Shown: positions 38,850 to 52,700 of the stretch, piece after piece | Numbering within the stretch: the stretch's first letter is position 1 | Layout of the letters: each line of letters starts with the position of its first letter | DNA from: Raillietiella orientalis | Taxonomy: Eukaryota | NCBI GenBank assembly: GCA_036172245.1 | Contig: JAYWIR010000055.1 | Span: 1 to 64,000, forward strand | Length of the DNA: 64,000 nucleotides | Direction of reading: 5' to 3' | Translations under genes and position numbers: made by a program | The notes under the pieces: generated by a model | Database searches by the model: none | Seen by the model: the letters and a program-made list of their open reading frames with translations, nothing else | Told to the model about the DNA's origin: nothing

Positions 38850-39250
38850 CTCACACACACTCACACACTCTCTCACATACAGAGCACGCGGCGGCCAGGC
38901 GGCTCGGCGACAGCCTCGGAGCGCTCTGGCGCGCTCGCGCCAGAACGGCGTTCCCAGCATCGCGCCGCACCTTCGCGAGGTGCGACGCACGGTGAGCCTT
39001 CCGCCTTGCAAATTACCCACCCCCTCCCTCTCTCCGCGCAAGCAAGCGTAAATATCGGAAAGGCTCGGGAAGGACGACGGTTTGCGTGTGTTGCCTTCTT
39101 TTTCTTTCGAGAGACGGGGGGAAAGCAAAGGAAACCTAGCCATCCCACTTGGGCTAATGTGCAACCCACGCAAAATAGGAGGCGCGGTTCGGTTACGAAA
39201 CCAACTCCTCTGCGAAATTTAATTAGTGAGACGCGCATAGCCTTCCCTTA
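38850..39250. promoter_or_regulatory. GC/CpG-rich island, candidate promoter region between divergent KLC and COQ3
   Basis: Local CpG-rich patch in an AT-rich context. The KLC ATG is preceded by a splice acceptor (~31795), so its TSS lies further upstream. Inference only. Confidence 0.3.
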
Positions 39251-42200
39251 CTAGTCGTCCGTGCGAATGTCAAAAGCATTTCAGTGGGGCCTGCATGAAA
39301 ACCAGGGGAAACTGCGGCATGGGTGGTTTGAGGAGACTTCCGCGCTTGCGGTGCACCCACCAAGCAAGGTCAACTATCATGGGGACTATCATGGACACGC
39401 TCCGAACCCTTACCAAAGGGCGAAATTCTATTCGGGTATTGTGCAGCAGGGCATGCGTCTACGCAAGAAGACTGCAGTGCTGTATTTTCGCATATCAAAA
39501 TTGGAGTATGTATTTCACGTAATTGTGCCCGTTTTCACGCAAACTGCATCTTTATGCCACCAGGTTTGCATTTTAGAGTTCAAGGTGATGGCGTTTCGCA
39601 GCATTTGCTTCCAGAAATGGTTGACCCCATTAGGCTTCAGTCTGTCTGCTAGGGAGGCTTATCTGCATGCAACTTTTCAACTCAGATGCGTGCATAAATT
39701 CCTAGATTGAACGATATCTGATTGGCATCCGTTGACGAAAGAAAGCACGCAAAGAGTTGCGCACAAGTTACTCCACATCACAATACGAAATGCCATTTCT
39801 AATTCATGAAATCATTTTAGAATTATGATGCTGCGATGACTTTAGCGAAACACTGCAATGCAGTTAGATTTTTGCCAACTTTCTGATACCTATTTAATGC
39901 TTCCATGTGGCAGAATGACATTTAGATTCGATTCGAAAGCAACTTGCGGTTGTCTATCATCGTCTATTTGCGTGCGTACGAAGGTATATAACGTCGAATG
40001 TTAAGCTAATAACGTTAGCTGCATGGACAGAAATTACTATTCGCATTTTTTTTTTATCATGGATAAACTTAGAAATAAAGATACAGCAAATTCTATTCAG
40101 TGTTTTTATTTAGCTTCGTAATCGACTGGTGTTTAACCAAATTAGGGAGATTGTTGCAACTGAACATGAATTTATTTCTCTCATCACGTAATTTTCGTTG
40201 TTTCATCTGAGCAATTTTTTTGAAATACTTTTAGTAAAAACAGGTTTCTCACTTTGCCATTTAGAAAAGTCTATCTCAAAATATTAAATGAAATCAACGC
40301 TCCTTCAATTTTCTGCAGAAATGGAGTCAGATATAGTTGTCAATTCAAGCAAATTTTCAAGACTACACCATCAGACTTCATAGTCTTTTTAGAACATATA
40401 GTTCTATGGTTTGCGCATGCCAAGCAAGAATATTAAACTCATGCTTCAGTGGTGGTAAAAGAATTTGCTTTTTGGTCCGTTTCAGTTTAGAGTATGGGGT
40501 TTGGCTGTAAGCAAAATGCCAACTGAATTTCAAAACGATTTTACCCTGATTTTGCATAACATAAAGTCATATGGGAATATTCCAGTATTTCAAAGAAATT
40601 CAATGAGTACATAGTTGAGCTCTTTCAAAAGTCATCCTTACGCCAAAAGTGGAACAGCCAAATAAATTCGCCTCAAAATGCCTAAATGATTAAATTCCAC
40701 CAATATTTTTAGGTTCTAAATGCAATATCTTAGATGTACGCAGTCTGCGTTTTGGAAATTGTTTCAAGTTATCTGTGCCATTTGGTAGCTTTTTTGTATT
40801 GTGTGTTCTTTGAGATTTTGATATAAAAATCATTGTCAAAGTGCTTTTGCAATTCCAAATCATATACAAGATGTGCGTTCGCATTTGGAGCCTCGTGTAT
40901 GTCGTCTGAATAGTGTGTCAGATAAATTTAAGAAAATCGATGATCGGCGATTAATCCGAACCGAAAATCAATTTAAATCAGCACTCTACCTGTTTTTAAT
41001 TCCAAGTGGAATTCAAGACTGACTCAGTTGTTGTTTTAATGTAGTTTCATTTCAAAATTTGCTATTATCTTATTTTTATAACTGAAAATTACCGTATATA
41101 ATATGTTTACAATAAACAGTAGATTGCATCTATGCAATTACAAATGGCTATTCATTTGTCGGTGCGCGGAATTGTAAATAGTTGTATACATATTAGGTTT
41201 GCTTTTCATTCGATGTACTTGATATGCCTGTTTGCAAAAACTGAAGGATTAGTTGCAGTGACGGCCTGGTTTCTGTGAGCAAACATGCTGAAAGTACTGT
41301 GTCCGATTTTTGTTCATGACATCTTCCACAATCGGTTGTGTCCGGCCCGGTGCTTTTCAAGTACGGGAGTACGCTGTGTGAAAGAAAGTAAGTTCTGCTT
41401 TCCGTTTTGGTTTGCAGCCACAGTTGGATTACAAACATGTTTACATTTCTCTCCATCTTCCCTACTCCATAGAATCGGTTGCTGTTTAAATCAATTTTAT
41501 CTTAGCTCAGTGTTAATGTCTTTATCATAAACTGATGTTTGTTTATCAACTGCTAAAAGCAGTTGTGGTTATTCATGTATCGTACATTTGATGAAATGGT
41601 TGAATGCTCATTGTGTTTTAGTGGTCTAACTGAAGCTTGTATGTGTTGCATTTCTTAGGAAAAGTGAAGTTTGATTGATGATTTCATTAACATTCATGAA
41701 AAATATTAACAGCATCAACAGTATGAGCAAAATTTATTGCTTGATTGTTTTATTGCTATTTGAAATTACAAATAAATACCCCAAAGAAGCATGATTCGTT
41801 TATAAGACCACCTTTTTTTTTGTTCAAAGGAGCGATTTAAATCGATAACTAGATTTCCATTCGGTTAAAATTTGTCATCATAGTAAAAACAAATAATCCA
41901 AATTAATTACTGGTGTTAATACAGATTAATGTAAGTGCATTATACCATTAATGAAGGAAAGTATATCTAATTTGCCTTTGTAATTGAATCCAGGTATGTT
42001 TAAGTACGATGCCCAGATAATTTTCTGACTCCGTACCGTATGGCATGCTCAGTGTTTTTCATTGAAACAGTCGATGTATACAGCATGTGAAATAAATAGG
42101 AAAAAGATGATTTAAGTAATATGATGCAGCATTTTAAAATAAATACGTAGGACATAATTAATGTTCTATGTATTTATTTTAAAATGAATAAGTAAGATGC

Positions 42201-43477
42201 AAATTTATTTTACCACAGAATCCCTGCAGAAGTAAACGAGGCGTAGGTGCAATTATTTCTAAACAGTTTTTATGTTTTTTTTTGGTCAGTTAAAAAATTG
42301 AGAATTGTCTTTAAAAAAATGACATCGGTAATTCAGTCAGGTGTTATCAGTGATATGTGTTCTTTATAAAGTATGTCGATTAAAGATAATGTTTATCTTT
42401 GCTTATTTTAATTTACGTACTAGCAGGCAGCCTTTTTTTGAAATAAATGTATGTTTGTCTTTGAAGCAAGAACTTTCTGTTTGGGGCAGTCGTGAGTTCT
42501 CAACTTGTAGGAGATCTTGCAAAGCAATCCATAAATTAGTTTTGAAATCCTTAAGTTCAAATTGAATTTTTGCTCTGTTTTCCCAGTGCTTTTACATATG
42601 AGTAGTAGTATTTATTGGGGTTTCGTAGTTACAGTTGCACTGAAGAAACTTGAGCATGCAAATGATTCCTGTTTTTTTATTACTCTAATTACACAAGGGA
42701 GTTGGATGCCAAGTTTTACTGACATAAAGTTTTGGCACATATTGCAAACCAAGGTAGACTAGATATTGCTCCAGTATACTTCGGTCTTGATAACAATGAG
42801 TAGCATGATGTCGTATATTACTAAAATGGTAGTAACTATCAGGATGAAAAATTTAGCCATGCAAAATAAGAACGGAAATGGGTCATTTGTTGATTAGATT
42901 TTCTTTGATTTCTTTGATAGCATTGTAGCATTGCTTTTGGTTGTGCACTGAAAAATGAAAGAATGCTGAAAAGGATGCACTATTGTTCATTACATTTTGT
43001 GCAAATTTATGCTCTCTTGTACTGCAAAATCATGTTTTTTCATTTTTGTTCCATTTTGTTCTATGTTGTTTTATTTCTTTTGTTTTGTTTTTTTTACTTT
43101 GGAAGTTTTTCCTTTGATTCTCTTGAAAGAAATTTTAAGATAAATGCTAAACCATAAATCTGTCGATTTTCTAACAAAGGGGTAAAATGTGGAAGCTTGT
43201 GCATGTTTCAGCATTTAATGTTGAACTGTTTTGTTTTGAGTCATCAACTCCAAGAATTGTTTTAATTCTTTTTTGAACTTTGATGATTTAGAAATGGATA
43301 GTTAACCAAGGATATGAATCTGTGAGTATGTGCATCATGGCAAAAATTAAAAATCCTTTTTTATGGTGACTTAGGGAGAATTTGTAAAATTTGATATAAC
43401 ATGAATTTTGTATAACTTTTAATTTGTGCTTTGTGATAGTATTGGTGGCTTATTATTGATTTATGATAATTTTGCAG

Positions 43478-44244
43478 CTTGGAATAGTTGTGCTGATTTG
43501 CCATTTACTGTTAACAGTGAAGAAGTGATAAAATTTCAAAACATTTCCGAGGGATGGTGGTATGAGAACAGTCATTTCAAAGCTCTACATTCACTAAACC
43601 ATCTTAGAGTGCCACTTATACGAGATTCTTTGTTGCATAAAAAGAAAACGGCTATAGTTGATCATGAACCTTTGGTTGGTTTTGAAATCCTTGATGTAGG
43701 ATGTGGTGGAGGAATTCTTTGTGAACCCTTAGCCCGTTTAGGAGCAAAAGTTTTGGGAATAGATTCTGTAAAAGAAAATATTGATTCTGCCAAATGTCAT
43801 GCACAGAATCATCCAGAATTGGCTGACAGAATATCTTATTTGCACACAACAGTGGAAGAATACGTGAATACCAACAAACAATATCATGCAGTTTTAGTTT
43901 CAGAAGTCTTAGAGCATGTGAATTACCCTCAAATTTTTGTGAATCTTGTTTCTGAGATGATTTGTCCAGAAGGCCTTTTGATAGTTACAACTATTAATAA
44001 AAGCTACTTATCTTGGTTAGCAGCTATTTTGATTGCTGAATATTGCCTTGGTATAGTGCCACGTGGGACACATGATTGGAATAAATTTATAAATCCAGAG
44101 CTTATGCAAACATGGTTAGAAAAGTGCAACTTGCATACATCTTTAATTCATGGTATGGCATACAATCCAATAACTGAGCAGTGGTTTTGGACATCTAACA
44201 CATGTGTTAATTATGCACTGGTGGCAGTCAAGTGTAAAAAATAA
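43478..44244 (+). CDS. COQ3: Ubiquinone biosynthesis O-methyltransferase (UbiG/COQ3), main exon; 5' exon(s) not resolved
   Basis: TVNSEEVIKF..WW..FKALHSLNHLRVPLIRD, ILDVGCGGGILCEPLARLGA, SEVLEHV, TTINK, IVPRGTHDWNKFINPE. Acceptor tttgcag ends at 43477. Confidence 0.95.
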
Positions 44245-46353
44245 AAATCATTGTATAAACCGATAATTCCGTTCTCAATTTAAGGAACTGTTTATGTTGA
44301 TAATATTTAGATTAAAGGTGTTTTTAAGAACATTTGGGAACTCTGGTTGTATTAAAGTTTCGTCTTCATTGTTCAGTTAAATTTGTCAGTCTTTATGACT
44401 TGTTAATGCAGTTTTTCAGGTTAATTTCTAATCTTTATGTTACAAGTGTCAAAGACTGAAAAAACAGATGGAATTCAATAAAACCTGTTTATCCATATTT
44501 GTCGCTGTGCAGAAGTAAAAATTAATTATGCAAGTATCATTAAAGCATTAGTGTGTTTTCAAAACACTACACTTAAATCACTTGAATTTTCAAACAGCCA
44601 CCAGAAATATTGAAACTGCTTTGTTAATTGAAGGTTCTTTCCTAATTAGGAGGGAAGAAGTGAAATAATCTGTAATGAATGGAATGAAGTAAGTTCAACT
44701 TTTTCTTCCCTTTTCTATAGGAATAGTTAAGAATTTTGTGTGTGAAGTCTTACGGTACATGAAAGACAATGTCACTATCCAACTAACAGTGCATACACAG
44801 CATAATTATTTCTAAAGTTATGAAAGGAAATTTATATTAACTGATGTCTAATATTCCAATTTTGCATTGCCAGAAAATGTGGTTGATACATAAAATTATA
44901 CAAAGCTAGATGCAGAAAGCAGTCAGGTGCTGGAATTCTTTTTAGGCCATGAATGTAAACTATTAGAATATGTTCAAAACTACCTGTTCAGAAATCCTGG
45001 TTGCCACAAATACAAATAGTTTTGTCCATTTTCCCTGTTATATCAGTTTTTATTATCAGGATTTAAAACCATTTTAGTTATTTGTGATGATTTCTTGTGA
45101 TCATCATTTTATTATGTGGATTAGTGATTAATATTCATTAAGACACAAAACTTTTCTTCAAACTGCACTGTGGAAGTCATCGCCAAATATGAAAACTGAA
45201 ACTGATTACAGGGATTCTCTCTCTCTCTCTCTTCTCTCTCTCATTCCCATGGTTTCAATTTCAAAAGATGTAAGATTATGTGTAGCTGCGAATGTTGCCT
45301 CTTATTTGAATGTGAAAAAGGATACTGTGCTTTTGGACAAAAACCTCAGTTTCCAAGAGCTCTTAATTTTTTTGCCCTTATTCGTATTTCTTTCATGAAG
45401 TCAGATTTAAAATTGTGTAATACTGTGAGAAGACTTAAAGGAAAGTTTCAGCGCATGTTGAGGTCCTTGATTTATACAAGCACAATTTGATGTTGATGTG
45501 TAAGATTGCTTTGTACGATCTTCACAATTTAATTGAATTTGCATGGTATGACATGATTATGATATGCTTCATGCTTTCAGAAAATGATGTGCTTTATTTA
45601 TGACTTTTGCTTGTGGTGTTCGTAAGTTAATTGTTTTTATTATGTTGAGATCTTTTCTGTTTACCCATTTCATTCACAAGTTAGTAGAAACTTATAAATG
45701 TTGTAAAAAAAAAATGTCCTTTGTTTATGCCTAAGCCCTATCATTCATGAAAACAATCCAGTTATCGACAAAATCTTCTCTTATGAAAGTTTCTTTCTAG
45801 TTTTGCGTACCACTGATAAGAATGGTGAAACAGTAATAGAAGGAAAGTATGTAGCCTCCTCCCGTACTCCTTACTTGTTGCAAAGGAAACCCTTGAAAGG
45901 AGTTTGTCCAGGTGATTGTGTGTTTTGCCAGTACAACTTGGATGTAAGGCATACAGTAAGTTATATGTGAAACTTAATCACCATCACCATGGTTCTTTGA
46001 GGATGTGCTGATTTTAAGTCAGTATTGTAACTCTGTTGGTCATACAATTCCTGCTAGAATAAATGGCTTATGTGAGCGTATGCAAAAAAAGATAGGTCAA
46101 TTAATTGAAATGGCTCAGAAAGCAGGTATGTGAATTTGAGTTCAGATGAAGACAAATGCTTAATCAATTATGTCAGGTCTTATGCCCAACTTGGCCCCTT
46201 CATACAGCAGGAAAGATCCTCATACACGTTATAAGTGGAAGAAATGGAATCGTTACTATGTAGAAGAGGAACATTTGAGACATGACTATGATCCAGTTCC
46301 AAAAACTTTGTTTCCACCAAATGCTTATAAGTACTAAACCAAAAATGGTTAAA

Positions 46354-46986
46354 TCAGTTATGGTTTATTCGACCTAAATACTCCTTTAACTGTTCTAAAT
46401 GACTGCGGAAGACTTTTTGATCATCAACAGTGCATCCTAAGATTGCATTTTGAAAATTCTGATCCACAGCACCAGTATTACTATCAGAGCAGCTATTGTA
46501 GTATAGTAAACAAGTGTCATATGCTCTTGTTGGTTGTTTAATGGCTAATTTTTCAAGACAGTCTACTAAGTCCTGCACCGATTTCAGGGACTCTTCCTGG
46601 CTTGGAGTACGAGATGTGACTACCTTAATGTGCACAGTGTTCAGTCTTGTTTGCAACTGCTTGACGTATAATAATGTCTCCTCTTGTAAATTTCCTGTTT
46701 AATTATGGGTATACAAGTAACAACAAATGAATTTCAAATCTGTACCTTCTGTGGCATTATTTATGCTCAGATACGCTTCCTCCAAAACTTTTTGCATGGA
46801 GTTTTGATCATCTTGTAGCCTCAAAGCCGTTTTGCGAATGCAACCAATTTTTTCTTCCACATCATCCAAAACTTCAATCCACGCATTTATGGGTGCATTC
46901 ACGGTGCGCATAGAATTTTCTTTCTGATACAAAAGCTTCTTGGTGTCAACTGCATCTTTGGAATCACATGCTTCATCAGACTCCAT
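46354..46986 (-). CDS. BAG2: BAG family chaperone regulator 2, two coding exons (46986-46746, 46694-46354)
   Basis: LDDVEEKIGCIRKTALRLQDD, RLNTVHIKVVTSRTPSQEESL, DQNFQNAILGCTVDDQK. A 51-nt phase-1 intron restores the frame. Confidence 0.85.
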
Positions 46987-49741
46987 GACTTCTGCACAAG
47001 AAAATTACCAGACAATTACTCGTCCAGAACTGAAAATTACTGACTGCTGCACCCGAAAGCTCATTCTAAACTATGATTGTGGATGCATCCATATTCGGAA
47101 TACATATTTTACCCACATTATGCTACTACTATCAATAGGAAGCAGCAATCCTAAAATATTTCGATATACGGCTCGTTTTCACGCGGTACACAGGGGAGCA
47201 CTATTTTGAAATTTTCACCAATTCTTTTTTCTTTAAGCACCGACGGAACAAACTTTGCAGAGGGGTGGAGTGCGACGTGGGTACGACATTCACCACGGAA
47301 ACTTTTTCAACTGCACAAAACACACGAAAAATTACGTTTGCATTGCAGGTGTGCCATACGTCACAGTTGTCGGAAAGTATTTCGTGTCTTCCGAGATTTT
47401 TTGTTGCGCAAACACCAAGGGATTGGACAGGAGGACAGTTGGACAACGCCAAGTCCTTAAGGCAAGCGCCGCAAAGTCGGTCGGTCCTTCGGCTGCGCAA
47501 CACGACTTCGTGTGGGGACGGCCGCGCGTGTGTGTGTACACCACCCGCGGTGTCCGGACGGCCGTGGATGTACACCCGTGCATGCACACCCTCCTCGCAG
47601 CCGCTCCGCAGTCTCCCCAGTTCCGTGCAAGCCGCCATGATGCAGTTGACCAACTCAATAAAACATACACGTAAGGAAGGACCGAAATTGTAATAAAGCA
47701 TTTGAGGAAGTATTTGAGGAGTTGGAGATTTCTCTCTCGATTCCCATTCTGCCAATCTCCAAAGTTCCATGAGAGCGCCTGGAGGAACTGTGGACTCGTA
47801 GAATTCGTCGCGCTTTGGATACCCTTCCCTCTCCCTCAGGACCGTTTCTTCCAGCGGGAGGCGACTCGTTTGCCTGCGGAATGCCACCTGAAGTCACTGT
47901 CAGTACATTTCAGCAGAGTTTAAAAATTGTCGAGGTCTTTAACCAAAAGTGCCTCCTTCTTCCAAATCTTATTATATATATATATATATTTCCAAAGCAA
48001 AGACATTCTCATAGTTGTGTGCGTTTTCATGTGGTAAATCAGTTTAGCCCGAGAAGTGTGACACTTCTCGGGCTGTTTTCGTCATCGAATCTCCAGCTGT
48101 GCTTGATGCATGCAATACTGCACAAAACGATTTAAGTAATGGGACTAATCCATTCCCTTACTGATTTCGTGCAGCCGTATTCAATACAGAATTAGACGTT
48201 TCGACTGGACCGGATATTTCGTCGTTTCCATGACTGCAGCAGGTTCTGTCAAAGGTGCGGCGTTTCTTACGCGAGTTAAGCTTGAGGTCCTTTTTCACTG
48301 GAAATGGTGGTGTCTTTGCATGCCATTCATCTGTTAAATGATGATGGGGAGGCTCCCTTTAATGTTTTTTTTTTTTTCCTTTTGAATTATTTCTAAAGGT
48401 CTGTTGTTTGGAAACTCAAGGGCTGTTTGATGTACGGGAGAACTTGGTTCCAGCATGCACATGAGGACAAATTACCTGAATTGTTACGGCCATTCCCTTT
48501 TTAATGCCGCCAAAAAGCTTCCATTCATAATTTCATCTCAAAGGCGTCTAATTTTTCAATAGCCATTATGGAACGAAGATGGTAACAGTGCAAGAATGTG
48601 GGTGGCAGCGAGTGGTCATGAACCGGGATTTTGACGAGCAAAAACGCCTACACGAAACTCGCAGGTTGCGAGGGAGAGGGGCCTGAAAAAGCATCCCCTG
48701 GAAGTGCTCCCCAATCTGCCTTGCAATAAACGCTGGGGAACGCCTCAGCGATAAGACCACGCTAGTTGCTGCCTCCTACCAAGTTTCACCGATCCTCGCT
48801 ACCTATTGCATGAGTGATGTCGGTCACCTTACCTTCCTTTTTCAACACGAGTTCATACGTCTGCGACGCTCGTCCCTTTTCCTGGATTTTCTATTCGTAT
48901 GGGATGATCGGGGCGTGATCTTCGGGCATTTACCAGTAAGCGCTGAAGATTCAGGACGCCATCCGAACCATGGAAACCGCTTTCTGGGTCAAGTCGTAGA
49001 CGGTAGTGCTCTACGAAGAGCGTGTACACAAATCCACTGCGTGTACCTTGGACTGTAACGGACGTGGGGCCGGGTCCGTTCGATTCATCTTTAATGAACT
49101 TTTCTTGCTCTGACCCAGGGCTTGTCGGACTAGGGAAAAACGACAGAATTGATTTTGTGTTCAAACTAACTGCTTATAAACACGCCCAATTGGAAGAAGT
49201 GGGAAGAGGGGAAGCAAGATTTTTTATTCAACCACAGAAACACAGATTCTTTATTCGTGCTCTTTTTCTTCCATTACTACATTAAGTATGCGACTTTTGC
49301 TGAATCGCAACCGACAACACAACTTTCGAGAATTGGGGGAGCTTTCCAAACACTGCTGAAGGAGCAGTGTATTTTGGATGCAATGGTTCCCTGCGAAACT
49401 CCATCAATCATAATCCATGCAGTCTCACCGAGACCAGCTCGAGATGACTTCGTCTCCGGCGCTGGTGGCGTTCTTGCATTCTACCATTCCATGACTTCGC
49501 GAGTCCCCAAGGCCACGGGACCTTTTTCGTTTCGCATCATCCCATGACATTCTTCACAGAGAATTCGCAGTCTGCAAAGCTCCTCGCGAGCGCGCAATAA
49601 ATGAGCTTCTCCATCAGTGAATAAAATCGAAATGACTAGTGGAACTTTAAAATCAACGGGCGGGTCACATGCGGGTCGGAATCCGTGCAGGGTCACACTT
49701 GCTCTATCAGGGGGCTCCTTTCTACTCCTCCAAGATCTCCG

Positions 49742-52700
49742 TTAGTAAACGAACAGATCTGGCAAGCGCACTTCACGAAGACTGGGCTGCATCGACAACA
49801 AATTGGCCGAAGATGCCTTATTATTATTCATCAAGATATTTCTTAAGCAGTCTTGCAACACGTCAGTCTGCAAGTGCCATCGGAAGAATTTTCTCACGGA
49901 TCTCACCAAATAGGCCTGACGTACCTTAGTCTGGGACCTTGCCAGAAGATCGGAGAAAGTTGCAGTGGTAAACATTTTGGAGATTTCCGCTTCGCGAAGA
50001 CGTTCTTCTTCACGCTGCTTGTCGAGAGAATCGTTCATGATTCTCTTCAATGATTCGAAAGTAATTTCCTCCTTCACGGGGAATTTCTGAAGACACAATG
50101 CAACTGGAAGATCACCAATGCCTAACCTTTGAAAACCCCGGGGAAGAAGTGGCACTATCCATTTCCTGAGTTGTGCTGCTGAGATCGATGCTACAGGACC
50201 TTTCGAAGCAGACGTGGTCAACTTGTGTGACAGTCTGATACGGCATCTGCAGAACAGTAGCTTCCAATCCAGACTGCTGTAGAAGATCCGTGATCTGGAC
50301 ACGGTCAAAAAGAAGGTAGGAAGGGGTGGTCTGGTCATCTATGAGGCCATATTTATCCTTCAGTGGCGGCAGAAGGTACGGTGCTTCTTTTCTTCTTCTC
50401 TCAACTACACTCTCAATGTGAGCGTCCAGCGACTGCAATCCAAACATGCGGGACAAAAGACACATCATTGATGCTATCAGCGCATGCACGCGAATGCGTT
50501 GAGGTCGCGTCAGCTTCGAAGTGAGCATCAGGACGTCTTGAACGCTCAGCAGCATACACAGCATGAGCAGGTTGAGTTCCGTGCAGTTCAGCTCAACAGT
50601 GAGTAACGCCAACGTTGTATAAAAGGCGCCAACATGTTCGGACGTGTTGTTGTTGTCTTGAAGGATGTGATACATGTGGTCGAGTATTTCCAACCCTTGC
50701 CTGCGGAAGAAAGTGTAGTCTCCTCGACTCTGGGTGTTCCCGAAGTGCAAGTGTTTCGAATTCAGGTCGACCCTGCAAAGACATGAAGCCACCTGTTTCC
50801 GCATTCGTAGTGCCTTACGTGGGGTGCTTCAAGAGTTCCCAATTTCTGTTTCGGTCCAGCAGCACGTGGAATATGCGCTGGACCAAGGAGCGGGTCTCGC
50901 AGTTGCTGGAGTCTGCATGAGACAGGAGATGATCCAGCAGGGAAACGTCCAAGCTGTTGCCCAGCTGATTCGTTCGGTAATTCGACCCGATCAGCAGCAG
51001 GCTCCTGAAGAGGATGTTCTGCAGCCGCGAGTTGGTGGTATCGTCCTGGGAGATTTTGGTAGCAATGAACTTCATGGCTTCTATTTTTTGGTAGTCGGGT
51101 AGGTGGCGGGCGTAGGAGGCGAGGGAGTTGATCAGGATGTCCTGATATCTCTCCTCGTTGTTTTTCTTCACCGTATCGTTGGGAGGCGTCTTCGAGACGA
51201 TCTCCCCAAGATGATTGACCAGGGAGTTGATGATGTCTAATACTGAAGGTCCTTCAAGCGACCAGGGAGGTCAGAAAGGCCAAGACAAACGTTGCAACTC
51301 ACCTAGGCACTCCTTGGTGGCGATCGCAATGATCTGCTGCAAGACGTCCGCAATGCCGATGCGCATCGATATATCAGAGTCATTGTGATCGTTAAGGTGG
51401 CCTATCAGTACTTGAACAATGGCGTAGGAATACTGAGACTGCACCGAGAAGCTGACGACATGGAAGACGTAGACTGCGAATTCATTAGGGTTCCACAGCT
51501 GGTGGTCATCGAGGTGCCTGAGGCTTCAATGCTACATCGCAAAACGGGGACCTACTTCAGAATCGGCTTCAGCACGATGACAACGCGAGCGAGGGCGGCC
51601 CGCTCTACCAGCTCACGAAGACACGATTCGGCCAGGATGGAAGGTGGAATGACCGAGGAGTTCAAAGCGTCATCTTCTTGTCTGTTCTCAGAGGAAGAAC
51701 TTTCGGTGGGATCCTTGTCTTGCATGTTGAACAAGAGAGAGGGGACGATCTTGTTCATGTATGGTTCCGACCAGATGTTCTCTACCAGTTCATCAGAAAC
51801 CGTTTTGCGGATCACTCCCTTCAGTCCCTGGAGTCCGGCTCTCCTGAGTCTGACTCTCAGGCTCCTGTCACTCATGTTGCTGTGGCACATGCACGCGAAC
51901 TGCGACATGAAGAAATCATACCGCAAGTGGTAAGACGGAGCATCCTCTTCTATGTTTGCGAATTTGACGAACTAAAAGGACGCGCGCTGCGTGGGGAAAT
52001 CGGGATGCGGGGGCAAGTCTGTACCGACTGCGTGGCCATTATCTTCAGCTGGGGTTCGGGATACTCCAGGAGTTTCTGTATGGTCCTCAAGAAACTTTCC
52101 ACGTAGAGATTGAGAATTTGTGAGTGGCAAGTAAGCAGCAGCTGGTCCATAACATCAATGGAGATCATGATGAAGCTAATGCCAATGAAAGAAAAACATC
52201 AGAAGGCAACTGAATTGCTTGAAGAGCAGGGCTCTTTTGACAGCGAAAAAGGACCCCCGAACATTCCTTCAGGTTCCCTGAGTGTTCCATTCAGGATGTG
52301 GACCAATGAGCAGTAGAGACCACAACCTGCACACGTGTTAGACATTGAGGTGATTCGGAACGGAGGTGAACAAAATGCCACACAACGGGCCATCAATAAA
52401 TGAAGAAATTTTTTCATGATCTACCTTGAGTTTCCAGGCCCACGCGCATCCCAAGAAACAGACTTTCGAAAGCACCCAAAGAAAAAAGACATTCAGCAGC
52501 CCTGTCATTAGAGCTGTTCGTATGGGAAAGACGATCGCAAAGAACCGCATCTGAACTTGGATTTCGCTGGAGAGCACTCAATGGTCATTGCAGCTGATGA
52601 CACGTAACGCGCTTGGAAAGTCACTCGCACCCTCCAGCAGCCATGAGGCCATGAGATCACGTCTGGAGCCAGGATGCCCCCGTCAGTTGGAACAAACACA

